A stretch of DNA of 63,634 nt, the filler included, from Octopus bimaculoides (Eukaryota), in assembly GCF_001194135.2 (NCBI RefSeq). It is 7 parts of 6 records of this genome, joined end to end, with 100 filler letters (N's around TTAATTAATTAA, not from the genome) between each part and the next. Parts side by side here need not be neighbours in the genome. Positions count along the whole stretch, not along the records: positions 34,617 to 48,647 come from NC_068987.1; positions 48,748 to 59,482 come from NC_068982.1; 5 more parts are not named here. One strand, 5' to 3'. The position numbers and the translations under genes are program-made. The notes under the pieces were generated by a model that saw nothing but the letters and a program-made list of their open reading frames with translations, searched no databases and was not told the DNA's origin. This document shows positions 40,918-53,942 of this stretch, one piece after another; position 1 is the stretch's first letter; each line of letters starts with the position of its first letter.

Positions 40918-41215
40918 AAGGCGCGTGGCTTAGTCGTTTGGGAATTCGGCTCATGAACGTTAGGTTGTGAGTTCGATTCCCGGCAGCGCGTTGTGTTCTT
41001 AAAGCAAGAAACTTTATCTCACTTATTTACACTCAGCTGGCAAAAATAAATTGCACCCATATTTCAAAGGACCGGCCCTGTCACACTCTGTGTCACGTTG
41101 AATTAAGGGTACACGTGTTTGTGGAGAGCTCAACCACTTTCACGTTAATTTCGCAAGCAGGCCGTTCCGTTGATCGAGTCTGTTGGAGCCCTCGTCGTAA
41201 CCGACGGAGTGCCAG
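40918..41215 (+). mobile_element. tRNA-derived SINE (family E)
   Basis: gcgcgtggcttag A-box, gagttcgattccc B-box; reverse-complement copies at ~32862-33165 and ~7655-7975. Confidence 0.8.
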
Positions 41216-41761
41216 TTTATTCTTCCGTGTGTGGGATTATGTGTGTACATAAATGTAGAAAATATATATTTGTGCTTTCGTTTACGCTTGTCAGAGTGAG
41301 CAATGGGCGTTATTATTCTTTAACACTTTCATTCTTTATTTCCCAAACTAAACAAAACTTCAAGCCAAAAATCTTAACAAAGACGATGCGGATGTTTTCT
41401 ATGTCTATCAGAGATACATTTTATGTCCAATACCATTGCTGCTAAGAGAAGCAATTATTGTTTCAATTTCTTTATCTCTTTTTCTTTTCCGCCTACATTC
41501 TTTTTTTTTTTTTTTTTTTTTTNNNNNNNNNNNNNNNNNNNNNNNNNNNNNNNNNNNNNNNNNNNNNNNNNNNNNNNNNNNNNNNNNNNNNNNNNNNNNN
41601 NNNNNNNNNNNNNNNNNNNNNNNNNNNNNNNNNNNNNNNNNNNNNNNNNNNNNNNNNNNNNNNNNNNNNNNNNNNNNNNNNNNNNNNNNNNNNNNNNNNN
41701 NNNNNNNNNNNNNNNNNNNNNNNNNNNNNNNNNNNNNNNNNNNNNNNNNNNNNNNNNNNNN

Positions 41762-41803
<42 letters not shown>

Positions 41804-42899
41804 AGTGTGTGTCTGTATGTATATATGTATGTATGTATGTATGCGTGTGTATATGTATGTATGTGTGTGTATGTTTGTATGTATCTGTGTATGTATGCAT
41901 GCGTGCGTACGTATATATGTATGTATCTGCTTGTATATAATATAATATTGGCGTCGAACGTAAACTGAATTACTTTGTTAACATCGAATGTTTTGTCAAG
42001 AGCTTTTATGTCTTTATAAGTTATTCACATTAATGTTCAGATTAATAATAATAATAATAACAATAATAATAATAACAATAATAATAATGATAACAACAAC
42101 AGGAAAAGGTGTTTTTGTGTTACTTTTGTTCGTCGTTTTATATTTAAGCAAAGAAATTAACTTTATAGAACGAAGAAAAAGGGTATTTTATTTTATTTTA
42201 TTTTTTATATATCTATGTTAATGCAAACATAAAAAAAAAATATGAGAAAAGCAAAAACGATAAAAATGAAACAAGTAAAATTAATACCGTAATAAAAACA
42301 ATATTAAACAAAAAAAACAATTTATTTTATATATCAATTGAAAAGAGAAATTGGAAAGAAATACCACTTTTCATATTTGGTTTGTTTTAAAATGGCGGTC
42401 GTATTTGATCAGTTGATTGTAAATCTTTTTTGATGGTTACGGCAAAATTCAGGATAATTACGTACACACTTAACCTTCGTCGGAGTCAAGTGCTTAAAAC
42501 GTTTTGTCGTTTAATATCCTAAACACTATCAAGCTGCGTATAAACAGAGAGTTTTATAGTAGATAGAAATAGCAAAATAAAGACGAAGCACAAAGACGTG
42601 TGCCCGTTAAGTATTTTGAAAAGAAGTCTCGTTGGCGCCATGCTGCTTTTCTTGTTTACTAACCGACTAAAACGATAAAGAATATTGATACAACGGATAT
42701 TTACTGTGTTGATGATTATGTTCATACAACATTACGAGTATGTGTGTGAGCGAGTATTCGTGTGTATAGTTGCATACATATAGGTGTATAAATGTATGTG
42801 TATGCGTGTGCATATATGTGTGTGTATGCATATGTGTGTGTGAGTGTATTTAAGCGCACCTATTTAAATTTAAAACTCCATTTACCAGTGGGTCATGAT

Positions 42900-42905
42900 T
42901 ATGTG

Positions 42906-42959
<54 letters not shown>

Positions 42960-43019
42960 GCTGTCTGTCTGTCTATCTATCTATCTATCTGTCTGTCTAG
43001 TTGTCTATCTATCTATCTA

Positions 43020-43064
<45 letters not shown>

Positions 43065-43090
43065 GTCTGTCTACCTTTCTGTCTGTCTAG
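42900..43090. repeat. (TCTA)n/(TCTG)n microsatellite
   Basis: Seen directly. Confidence 0.95.
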
Positions 43091-43094
43091 TTGA

Positions 43095-43625
43095 CCTTGA
43101 GCGACTGCAACACAACGAGAGCATTCTATAGGGGATTAGTGGAGGGGAGGTACGACGACGATCTCGGGGTGAACCTGAGCGTCCATGAGCAGTACCTGAC
43201 CCGCCTGTTCAAGACTACTTTCGGGCCGGAACCTATGGACAACTTCCAGAGATCCCTGGCCTGGTAGTGCTATCGAGAAGCGCTACCCGTTCGGGATAAC
43301 CTCTACAGGCATGGCTCGAGAAACATGCGGCCGACCTGTAGCCGAACGAGATGCGGTCAGAGCGACGAAACCGTTCTGCACGCACTCGTACAGTGTCCAA
43401 ACATTTCCGACTTGTCGAACGACTGCTAACGCGTGTGGGACGAGTCGGTTTATCAATCGAGTCTATCGTGAATATTGTCGCGCTTCCTTCCTTGAAACGG
43501 GAAGGAAGAGCCATTTTCATCGTACTTGTGGCTGTAACGAAAGAATGTGTATGGTGGACGCGTCTGAAAGATCTAGAGACAAACACTTTCCTCACTGGTG
43601 AATCTCTCATCAACTTCTTAAAGAT
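43095..43625 (+). mobile_element. L1/Tx1-clade LINE 3' fragment (zf-RVT region)
   Basis: GC-rich block translating REALPVRDNLYRHG..RPTC..RCGQSDETVLHALVQCP and LVAVTKECVWWTRLK; inserted next to a (TCTA)n tract. Confidence 0.75.
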
Positions 43626-45084
43626 GGGTGAATGTAGCAAGGATGGCACAGTTGAATGACGGAGCCATCTTGAGCATTATCCTATCAATCAGAAAAAGAA
43701 AGGAAAATAGAAAGTCTCTTACTGTAATGTGTATTTTGCATGACATTATTGCTCGAGGTTACCGTGGTCCGTGGTCCTTTCCGTAGGCTTTTCTTTCCAC
43801 GGATAAACCTAATCTGTGTTCTCTTTTACATTATGACATTTCTGTGATACACGATCCCTGTTGATCGGCTTCCTCCTTTTCTTTTTTTTTCTTTCCACGA
43901 TCCCTTTTGTTCGAAATTCTACCCCCACTTTTTTCTTTCTCAAACAGAAAATCTCCACTTTGTATTTTGTCCCCTCTGTGTTCAACCTTGTGTAGCCAAT
44001 AAAGAAACATGTCTGTCTGTCGATCTATCAATAATTGTATATGTGCATATGTGTATATATGTGTGTGTATACACATATATGCACGCGCGCGTAAACGCAG
44101 TTATTGTTGTGAAGCGGTTCACATATGGTTATCTGCTAAAGAAGATCGCTTTGCAACTGCGTGATTTCTGTTTCAGCCTAATACAACGACACTTTCGGCA
44201 AGTTTCTTTATTATAGCTCTAGTCCTAGCAATGTTGTCCTGTGAAGGATTTTGAGAGACGGAAGCTGTGCTGGTATTTCAAATTAATTTTGAATCATTAA
44301 TAACAATTTTCAGAAATGTTGTGTTTTGTATAACGTTAAATGGTTTCTATGCCTATTCGTGTGTGTCTTTGTGTTTGTGTTTTGCCCCTGACAATCACCT
44401 GGCAATCGGTGTTGGTACATTTACCTCCCCGTAACTTTGTGTTTCAGCAAAAGACACCGATAGAATAAGTACCTAGCTTTGAAAACGAATATGTAGTGGA
44501 GTCGATTTCGTTCGACTAAAATTCTATAAGATGAAGCCCCCGCATGGCTGCAGTCTAATGATTGCAGAAAGTAAAAGATAAAAGATATATGAATGCTTTT
44601 GTGCCTCAGCATATGTTTTGGTATGCATATGCATTTCTCTATAAATTTTATAAAACAGTTTAATTTCGTGGGATACTCATCGATAGGTCGATCAGATAAC
44701 ACATAATTTTTCGAGGATACGTCAGCAAATTCGAGCATAACAATGTCATGGGAATATTACTCTGCTACTGTTACATTCACTGGAAGTTAATTTGCCGCCA
44801 TTTGGACTGAACGAACGATATCAGAGATACATGATAAGATTGTTCCTGGAAAAGTGAAGATAATTAACACAATCTTCTATGTATGTATATACGTATGTGT
44901 GTATTATGTATGTATGCATATATGTATGTATGTATGTATTATATACGAGTGTGTGTATGTACATTATAATTAAGATTTACTTCAAGATTTCTTACTAATG
45001 AAAAAAGAGCAGGTTGCTTACAAAGATTCAAGGCCCCTTGAATTTCAAGAAAAATCTACAGGGTAATGACACATGTATTTGTAT

Positions 45085-45497
45085 GTATGTGCAAGTAACT
45101 GGAGCTCGTGCAGGGGCGTAGAGATGAAAAACTGCGCAGTTGCGGAAATCAGCTGCTCAGCGGATGTTAAAATAAAGCCGAAGATCGGTGAAAAAGAGAA
45201 CACCTACGCTGAACTATTGAGAAAGTTAATCTATTCAGATTACAAGTTCAGGTTTATACCTGTATTCTTGGGGTGCTGGGATAGGTAACACACTGCCTCA
45301 ATACCTATCTTGAGAAATTAGGCTTCCCAAAGCCAGAAAAGAGAAAGCTGATTCGAAACCTACAGATGCAATCCATCACCGGAACTGTAAAAATCTGAAA
45401 AACTTTCTAGAAGCTTATCACTTTGTATATATAAGCCTGTCTAGATATGCAAGTATATACACAAGCAGGCTTACATAAAATAAAATATACAAATACA

Positions 45498-45530
<33 letters not shown>

Positions 45531-45660
45531 TCATACATACATACATAAATGCATATATACAAAAATACACTGTTATTGATGTTGAAATTCCAATGAAGGA
45601 GCCCTGAATCTAGGTTGGAAACCGGTTCTTTCTCTACTGGCAAGAAATCTTGAAATAAAA
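45085..45660 (+). mobile_element. R4/Dong-like non-LTR retrotransposon 3' end (restriction-like endonuclease plus 3' UTR)
   Basis: AEISCSADVKI..KIGEKENTYAELLR..YSDYKFRFIPV, LEKLGF....RKLIRNLQMQSITGTVKI, then (CATA)n and tail. Confidence 0.7.
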
Positions 45661-45677
45661 CTGACTAATGAAATACA

Positions 45678-45722
<45 letters not shown>

Positions 45723-45799
45723 GCGCACACACATACGCACACACAAACGCACGCACGAACGCATGTGTGTATGCTTCCATTTATGTATGCATACAGTCC

Positions 45800-46240
45800 C
45801 TTCCATTTTTGAATTATTATAAATCTTCCACTGAGGAGAGAGCCGGTTTCCAAGAAGATACAAGGCTCCATCTTTGAGATGTTGTTAACATAGACAAATT
45901 CACATTTGGAACTTGAGAAAAGTCTTGCATATTTTTACTGTTCTACTCGCAGATTGCACTTCTAATGTACGAATCAGCCGGTCTATTTCTATTTCTGAAA
46001 ATTCCAGTTTATCCAAATTCCCCCTTAAGCATTTAGTAACAAAACCTAGTGCTCCAATTATTATTGGTATGAAAATGAATTCATAGTCTGGATATAGAAA
46101 CTGGAGGTTTCGAAGCAGTTGTCCAGAGATATCCTCTTTTTCATTGATTTTCATAGAGATATTTATATCTGCAGGGCAGCTAACCTCTATGATTGTACAT
46201 ACCTCTGCCCCTTTGTCCCAAGCAACAATATGCATTCATA
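45800..46240 (-). mobile_element. R4/Dong-like 3' end with intact 111-aa RLE frame
   Basis: ORF 45900-46235: HIVAWDK..CTIIEVSCPADINI..KINEKE...LYPDYEFIFIPIIIGALG...TVKICKTFLKF*. Confidence 0.75.
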
Positions 46241-46289
46241 CATACATGTATGTATGAATGCATGTATGTATGAATGCATGTATGTATGT

Positions 46290-46515
46290 ATATTTTCTGT
46301 TTTTAATCACTTAAATTCTTCCTCTGAAGAAGAAGCTGGTTTCTAACAAAGAAACAAAGCTCCATCGTTGGAATGAAGATAACGAAAACAATGTCACATT
46401 CTAAACCTGAGAAAAGTCTTGCAGAGTTTTACTGTTCCGCTCAAAGATTGTATTTCAAATGTTCAAATCAGTTGGATGATTTCTTTTACTGAAAACCCAA
46501 GCTTATCCTGACTGA
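46290..46515 (-). mobile_element. R4/Dong-like short 3' fragment
   Basis: DKLGFS.KEI.QLI..FEIQSLSGTVKLCKTFLRF plus the same 3' UTR (gatggagc...gaaacc.gct.c) as 45800-45900. Confidence 0.65.
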
Positions 46516-46523
46516 CAATTATG

Positions 46524-46554
<31 letters not shown>

Positions 46555-47302
46555 GTGTGTGTGTGTGTATGTGTGTATGTAAACCCAAACAAGGTCAAAG
46601 AAAATAACATTTGGCAAGAAAAAGATGCATGAATCCGCCAAGACGATATGGTCGATGGCGGACAGAGCTATTGAATACAACAAACATCTCTGCATTTCTT
46701 TTTTGATATGAGGGGAATATAACACAGTATAAAATGATCCACCACAACAATAAACAGAAAAACAGAGATGGTATCAAATTACAGACAGAGGGCAATATAT
46801 TTCTTTTCTATTTGCGGAGTACCGTTAATGTTATTCAGCACATAGCAAGCGACCGTATAATAATATTTGAGCCACAAGGTACGGGAGATATAGAAGAAGA
46901 TCATTATATCCAAATTTCAAGATCGCAGCGTGAAATGAAAGTGTTGAAATAGCTACTGGCACTATGCACGTATTTACACGCAAACACACACTTGAACAAA
47001 TGTATAGGCATATGTGCGCACACGCGTGTGTGTGCGTGTCTGTGTGTGCGTTCGTATGTGTACTGCCAATGCATGTTAGTATAGTCCTCAGCGTACTATC
47101 ATTATTATTTGTCTTATTACATTCTTCGTTCTAGAAAGAATGGTAAGGCATTATTCATGGATGGATTGCGTTGAATTGATAACCGAATCCTGGTGAAAAT
47201 GCCGGTAGACATGGCGAGCATCATATTGTTTATATCCAAAGTATTACATATGTAGATACACACATGCATATATATATATATATATATATATACATACATA
47301 CC

Positions 47303-47342
<40 letters not shown>

Positions 47343-48355
47343 NNNNNNNNNNNNNNNNNNNNNNNNNNNNNNNNNNNNNNNNNNNNNNNNNNNNNNNNNN
47401 NNNNNNNNNNNNNNNNNNNNNNNNNNNNNNNNNNNNNNNNNNNNNNNNNNNNNNNNNNNNNNNNNNNNNNNNNNNNNNNNNNNNNNNNNNNNNNNNNNNN
47501 NNNNNNNNNNNNNNNNNNNNNNNNNNNNNNNNNNNNNNNNNNNNNNNNNNNNNNNNNNNNNNNNNNNNNNNNNNNNNNNNNNNNNNNNNNNNNNNNNNNN
47601 NNNNNNNNNNNNNNNNNNNNNNNNNNNNNNNNNNNNNNNNNNNNNNNNNNNNNNNNNNNNNNNNNNNNNNNNNNNNNNNNNNNNNNNNNNNNNNNNNNNN
47701 NNNNNNNNNNNNNNNNNNNNNNNNNNNNNNNNNNNATATATGCATGTATACATATATACATGCACACTTATATACGTATATGCATATATGTATATATGTG
47801 TGTGTGTGTATGTATGTACGCGTGTGTGCGCGTGTACGTGTGTTTTTGGCTTATATTTTACTTATCATTTCTGTCTGTCATTCAATATCTTCTGTATTTT
47901 TCAGTAATTTTTCATTCATGTATTCTTTCTTACTCTACGAACATCATATATTTTACTCTCACGTTTCCCATTTCTCTTACATATCCCCTTTCAATCGTTC
48001 CCTCCCTCTCTCTATTTGTCTTCTTCGACAGTCTCTCCCTTCCTACTTATATTTATATACATATATAACTATATCCCGCCCTCTCTTACTTTCACTTTCA
48101 CATTCAATGGCTCTTACCTTGTCAATCATTTACCAAATCCTGTCAAATAACCTACCATACCTATTATTATTGCATACGGTCACTCTAGGGTGTTTTTGCT
48201 CCCAACGAAGCTAACAAATCGAAAATAAGTTATTAATTATCGTAAACAGCTCTCGATATTTTTTCCGTTTACGCAAAATATAGCTCCAGGCAGCAGAAAA
48301 TTACCAGCACACTCCACCCGTATTGATCATCATAGTCATATATGTATAAATATAC

Positions 48356-48391
<36 letters not shown>

Positions 48392-48594
48392 TTATTCTAC
48401 ATATATATATATATATCTTTATGTATGTACGTATATATATATATATATATATATATATGAATATATACACACATATATGTATACATATATATGCATACGT
48501 ATGTGTATGTATGTGTATGTATGTGTTTGTGTATGTATGTTCATTTGTTATATACTATGTAATGATAACACAATAATAATAATAGTAATAAAAC

Positions 48595-48647
<53 letters not shown>

Positions 48648-48747
48648 NNNNNNNNNNNNNNNNNNNNNNNNNNNNNNNNNNNNNNNNNNNNTTAATTAAT
48701 TAANNNNNNNNNNNNNNNNNNNNNNNNNNNNNNNNNNNNNNNNNNNN

Positions 48748-49868
48748 TCATCACTATTATCAGAAAGGTTGCCTGTTGTTGAATCATCAACTGTTGCATC
48801 GATTTCTTTGGAACTATCTTCATTGTCAGAACCTCTTGCGAAAACAGAGCGGATTTTGTGTCGGAAACTTTTAGAAGGTTTCTTTTCGTTCGAATATTCT
48901 GGCGAATTTTTGTCGGAATGTTCATATTGGTCTGAGGGCGTTTCTTCATCACTATGATCAGAAAGGTTGCCTGTTGTTGAATCATCAACTGTTGCATCGA
49001 TCTCTTTGGAACTATCTTCATTGTCAGAACCTTTTGCGAAAACAGAACGGACTTTATTTCGCAAATTTTTGAAAGGTTTTCTCTTTTCTTTGGGACCTCC
49101 TGGTGAATTTATGTCAGAATATTCATGCTGGTCTCTGGACGTTTCCTCATCCGTTTGATCGGAAACATTTCCTGTCGTTGTGTTATCAAGTGTAGAATCC
49201 ATTTCATTAGAACTATCTTCATTGTCAGAGTCTTTTGTGAAAGCAGAACGAACTTTTTCTCGGAAGTTTTTAAAAGGTTTTCTGTTACCGCTGGGATTTT
49301 CTGGAGAATTTTTCTCTACGTCTCCTTGATAGTCTGTGGGGGTTTCTTCCTCACTATCATCAGAAACGTTACCTTTTCTTGCATCAGGTGTAGCATCCAT
49401 TTCATTAGAACTATCTTCATTGTCAGAATCTTTTGCGAAAACGGAACGGACTTTGTTTCGCAAATTTTTGAAAGGTTTTTTCTTTTCTTTCGGACTTCTT
49501 GGAGAGTCTATGTCCGAATTTTCCTGCTGGTCTGTGGGCATTTCCTCATTACTATGATCAGGAACATTTCTCATTTGCGTGTCATCAAGTGTAGCATCGG
49601 TTTCATTGAAATTAACATCATTGTCAGTGTCCTTTGTGGAAGCAGGACGGACTTTTTTTCGAAAATTTTTGAGAGGTGTTCTGCTTTCGTTCGAATTTTC
49701 AGAGGAATTTTTGTGTAAAGCTTCCTGCTGGTCTGCAGGTGTCTCTTCTTCACTATGATCAGAAACATTTCTTCTTCTATCGTCAAGTGAAACATCCATT
49801 TCACTGGAACTGTCTTCATTGTCAGAATCCTTTGCGAAAACAGAGCTGACTTTGTTTCGGATATTTTT
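48748..49868 (-). repeat. Coding tandem repeat, alternating 198/201-bp units (five complete plus one partial)
   Basis: Units start at 49868, 49670, 49469, 49271, 49070, 48872 (66, 67, 66, 67, 66 aa, then partial); consensus K(N)LRNKVRSVFAKDSDNEDSS.E.DAT.D....NVSD.S.EETP.DQ.E....NSP......KKPF. Confidence 0.92.
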
Positions 49869-51202
49869 GAAAAAGTTTTTATTTTCTTTTGGATTTTCAG
49901 AGGAATCTTCGTCTGATTGCTCCTTTTGGTCATCTTCAAAATTTTCTAAACTAATAAGAGGAGAATTATTGAGTCTAGTCTGTGTATTGGTATCATCTTT
50001 TGAAGAGATAGAACCATATGTTCCCTCATCTTTTAAAATAGTTTCGTTTGGTTGATCAGTCAATTTACTATTAGATACATTTTGGTCAAATATTCCGTTG
50101 TTGTCTGGAATATTTTTTCTATTAATCATGCGCGATTCATCACCATTGACATCATTTTTATGATTATTCTTTGGCGCTTGATCAGCAGTAAAACTGTTTG
50201 CAACCTTACGAGAATTAAGAGGAATAATCTTCTCTTCAATATCCAAATTAGAATACGAATCATTACAAGGGGTATCATTTCTAATATCAGCAACTATTTC
50301 GTTTGGATCTTTAACTCTTAGAACTCTGTCTTCTGCCTGGTTATAGTCTTTTAATTCTCTACTTGTGTTGTGACTATTTTGAGTGGGGTACTGTTTATGT
50401 TTCAACTCAGAATTAGAATTCCCAACTTTATCTTCATTAGTTCCGATTAAATCTGAATGATTTTTTTGGTTACCTGACCCCAACTCATTTTGACAATTTG
50501 TTTTGGTTGGTAAAATGTTATCTTCACTATTTGGGGTTGTTTTAAGGGTTTCATTTTCAATTGCTTCGTGTGTTACATTCAACTGAATGGGCTTTATAAA
50601 GAAGTTTGTATATCCACCAAATCCCGTAGGTGTCATATTTAATTGGGTACGATAAGATATCATTTTTTCTTCTACTCGATCTAAGTTGCAATTTACTAAG
50701 TCTGCTTTGGAAGCGTCTCTTTCTTGATAGTCGTTGGAAAAGTAGTGATTACTATCACAGACACTTTCTGCAGGAAATATTTGTCCTTTTGTCTCAGAGC
50801 ATTTGTCCTGATCCATTTTTCTTGAGCTGTTACTCTTTGACTTAGACAAACGTTTTGGTGAAGATGACCTGTTATTAGTTTTGACGGTATATGGTGAATC
50901 TGATTTAGTATCAACAGTACCCGAGTTGGTTTTGGTCTTGCTACTCGATTTTGTTTGTTTGCTTGGAGATATAGCACTTTTGGGATGATATTTTTCTGGC
51001 TGACTCGAACATTCTTTTGGATTGTTTGATTTAGTTGATTGTTGATGGGACAAAGGTATTCGAGATTTGCTTTCAAGGCTCTGCTTTCTTCCACCATCAA
51101 GTGGATTTGTCATATGTCGGTTTCTAGAACTTGATCTAGAAGTACGAGGTATTTTTCTGCTTTGGGAAACACTTCTTTCTCTCTGATGCAACACAGGTGC
51201 CA
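48748..51202 (-). CDS. Large internal exon of an uncharacterised Ser/Asp/Asn/Glu/Lys-rich tandem-repeat protein; 3' end lost in assembly gap
   Basis: >=2455 nt open frame in AT-rich DNA. Acceptor TTTTTCAACTTACAG| directly before 51202 (phase 1), so the ORF-track 'M' is a GTG at the splice junction. C-terminal portion is 66/67-aa repeats. Runs into Ns at 48747. Confidence 0.85.
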
Positions 51203-52713
51203 CTGTAAGTTGAAAAACATAAAATCAATTGAAGGATCGCGTTTATTCCGATATAACTGTATTCATTCGTTGCTAGCAATATTATTACATCTGGAGCTAT
51301 CAACAGGAAAAGACTTTAATCTTTTGATATTGGTTAGGATTATATGTAAGTAGCGCTGGGAAGTTTTATAGACATAAGCTTTCAAAGAGATTCATCAGAA
51401 ATATATTCATAAGTATATTTTTCCAAAAATACATGTTAATCATGGCATATCTCCGTAATATATGTAGAATTCTTTTATTAAATTTCCTTACAGAAGATAA
51501 ATTAACTCATGCAACTTCAATAGCTTTATTATATAAGCCTTTATTTTAGTTATTCTTTTCAGTTGTTATATTCAAAATAAGAAGCCAAATACATAAGCCA
51601 AGTAAAAAGAACGCTAAGATAACCGGAAAATAATATCTTTTTTTTTTTCCTTTTTCGCTGGAAGAGATTTGGTTCTCTGCTAAAAATGCCATTGTGATTT
51701 TACTAGAAGTGAAATAAAATTCCTTTTAGTTGATTCATTAGTTTTCTTTTAAAAGGAATCCTTTATTTTCTACAAATTGTCTGATATCTTATTTGACATT
51801 TCGTGCTCAATGAATTTTATGACGTCAATAAGAAAATAAATTACTCTTTTTATTTTCTCTCTCCAGAAACAATGTTGATGTTCATTAAAATGTGTATAGA
51901 TACGCAGTAATATCAATGGTGTTTTGATAAGTTTCAGGTAAGAAATACTGACTTCGATAATCAAGAAATCTAAGAAGCAATATATTATAAAGTCTATGAA
52001 GAAGATTCCAATGAGAATAGCTTAAAAACAAATTCACCTAGCAACTTAATTCCTCTTCGCTAAAAATATTAGGGCCAGAAGTGGATCCATGTGCCAGCCT
52101 GTACATTTGGCTGATCGTTTCTTCACTTCATTATCGAGGACGACCGTTGTGTGCTTAATTTTATATAATATTTCTGTTCACTATAACACATTTGCAAATT
52201 TATTTAAGGAGGTAGTAGAATATAATAGTCATCATCTAGACTCTATAGGAACATAAACTGAATAAAATACTTTACCGAGGAGAAAATGTAAACTTCCACA
52301 AGACTGGAGTGTTTGTCAAAATAATCCAAAAGAAGTAAAGAAATTGTGATTCAGGAGATATTACATCATCTTTTCTACTCACCTGATCCGATCCTTTCAG
52401 ATAACTACTTGTTTGCATTCAACTAATATTCCTTTAAAGGAATAAAATGTTATTGTTAAGGCATTCTGGGATTATCAAAGTCAATTGAATGATTTATTTT
52501 TTATTCAAGAGGCTTTCGGCTTGTGGTATAGGCATTGCTGATGAAAAAGCCCAAATTATTGTTAAAATGATGATTATTTTTTTTCATCAGAGAACTTATG
52601 ATAATTCTATTTCCTAAATAAGGTCCTACTTCTCTTTAGAAGAAAAAAAAATGACATTATTTTCCGGTGATCCCTGGTAATAAAGAATACAAAAATATTG
52701 AATTATTACTTAC

Positions 52714-52875
52714 ATATGTTTTTATCTCCAGTTGTTTCTTTGGGGACATTTTTAGTCCTTGATATTCGAGGTGAAGGGACTGGTTTTTTATAACCAAACC
52801 TATTTTGTGTAGAAGGTGTCACTTCACTCTTATTAGGAGTTCCCTCAAATCTTTGATCAGATCGGTTCGAGTTTG
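52714..52875 (-). CDS. 162-nt symmetric (phase 1-1) exon, probably upstream exon of the repeat protein
   Basis: TTTATTTGTTCAG| acceptor, |GTAAGT donor. Open frame (A)NSNRSDQRFEGTPNKSEVTPSTQNRFGYKKPVPSPRISRTKNVPKETTGDKNI has the same S/T/P/K-rich bias and joins in frame to 51202 (T+TG = Leu). Confidence 0.75.
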
Positions 52876-53771
52876 CTGAACAAATAAATTTTATCAAAAA
52901 ACATGTTTATGAAGTGATGGAAAAACACCTTTTATGAAATATAATGAAAAATTTAAATGTTCTATAATCCCAAATATGCCGTTGGGTTACCATTGAAGAC
53001 TAATTTAGCTTTGTGAATAGCAACCACATCCTGGTTATTGATTGACAACAGTGATCGTTATTTCTGCAGTCTCAATCTTGCAGATCCCTTTGTAAACATT
53101 TCGTTTAATCATTCCTTCTTTCAATTGATTCTTTTTGTACCCACATTTTCCTCACAGGCATTGCTTATAAATAAATGTTCAAGTTCACTAGTCTAGCAAT
53201 ACGTCATTTTTGGACTAAATATGTACACATGTAAAAAAAAAATTAAAAAAAGAATGAGATTGCTGTTAAAAGCGTCGAGTTTAATTAGCTAGACTGCATT
53301 TAATTACTCTCTATAATAATGACACTGTTTTGCTGACTGTGGATAGCAATACTCAGAACTGAGAAACATGAAGCATTGTACTCGTATGTCAGTTATACTT
53401 TACGTACGAATGAAGCGATTCTTTAATATGAATTGATTTCAAGAGATGAATTTAAAAGTTCAAATTAAAATTTATTCTACAATAACATCAGAGAAACTTT
53501 GTAAAACTATTTTCAAATGATGATCATGGCGATCAATTCAGGAATATACTATAGGAAAATCGATCCACGTTTGCAACAATGGTTAAAAGCCACTCCTTGC
53601 TATGTCTCACTGCTATCATGTTATCGCTGCTATGACTAGATTCCCATTATCGGGAATGGGGGATAAATTGCTGGTATCTACCAAGCTTTCGTTGTTTTAG
53701 GTGTTTCTACTCGCGAGCAGACATTGATATTTACTTGGCCTCCGCTCACCTTTACCCCCAAAGAACGTTCA

Positions 53772-53855
53772 GGAGAGTGAGAGAGAGAGAGAAATAAAGA
53801 GAGAGGGGGAGAGAGGGGAGAAAGAGAAAGAGAGAGAGAGAGAGGAAGAGAGAGA

Positions 53856-53937
<82 letters not shown>
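53772..53937. repeat. (GA)n purine tract
   Basis: Seen directly. Confidence 0.95.

Positions 53938-53942
<5 letters not shown>

Noticed and set aside
48748-49868. CRISPR-like or satellite reading of the ~200-bp repeats
   Set aside because: Eukaryotic context, no repeat-spacer structure; unit lengths are multiples of 3 within an open frame.
52383-52431. 49-nt segment with AG acceptor and CAG|GTGAGT donor between the repeat-protein exons
   Set aside because: Stops in all three frames; at most a poison or cryptic exon, with no supporting evidence.
53749-53800. AAG|GTGAGC donor just downstream of the (CT)n tract on the minus strand, and a similar TAG|GTAAGA near 11200
   Set aside because: Could mark non-coding first exons, but a lone donor beside a simple repeat is not sufficient support.
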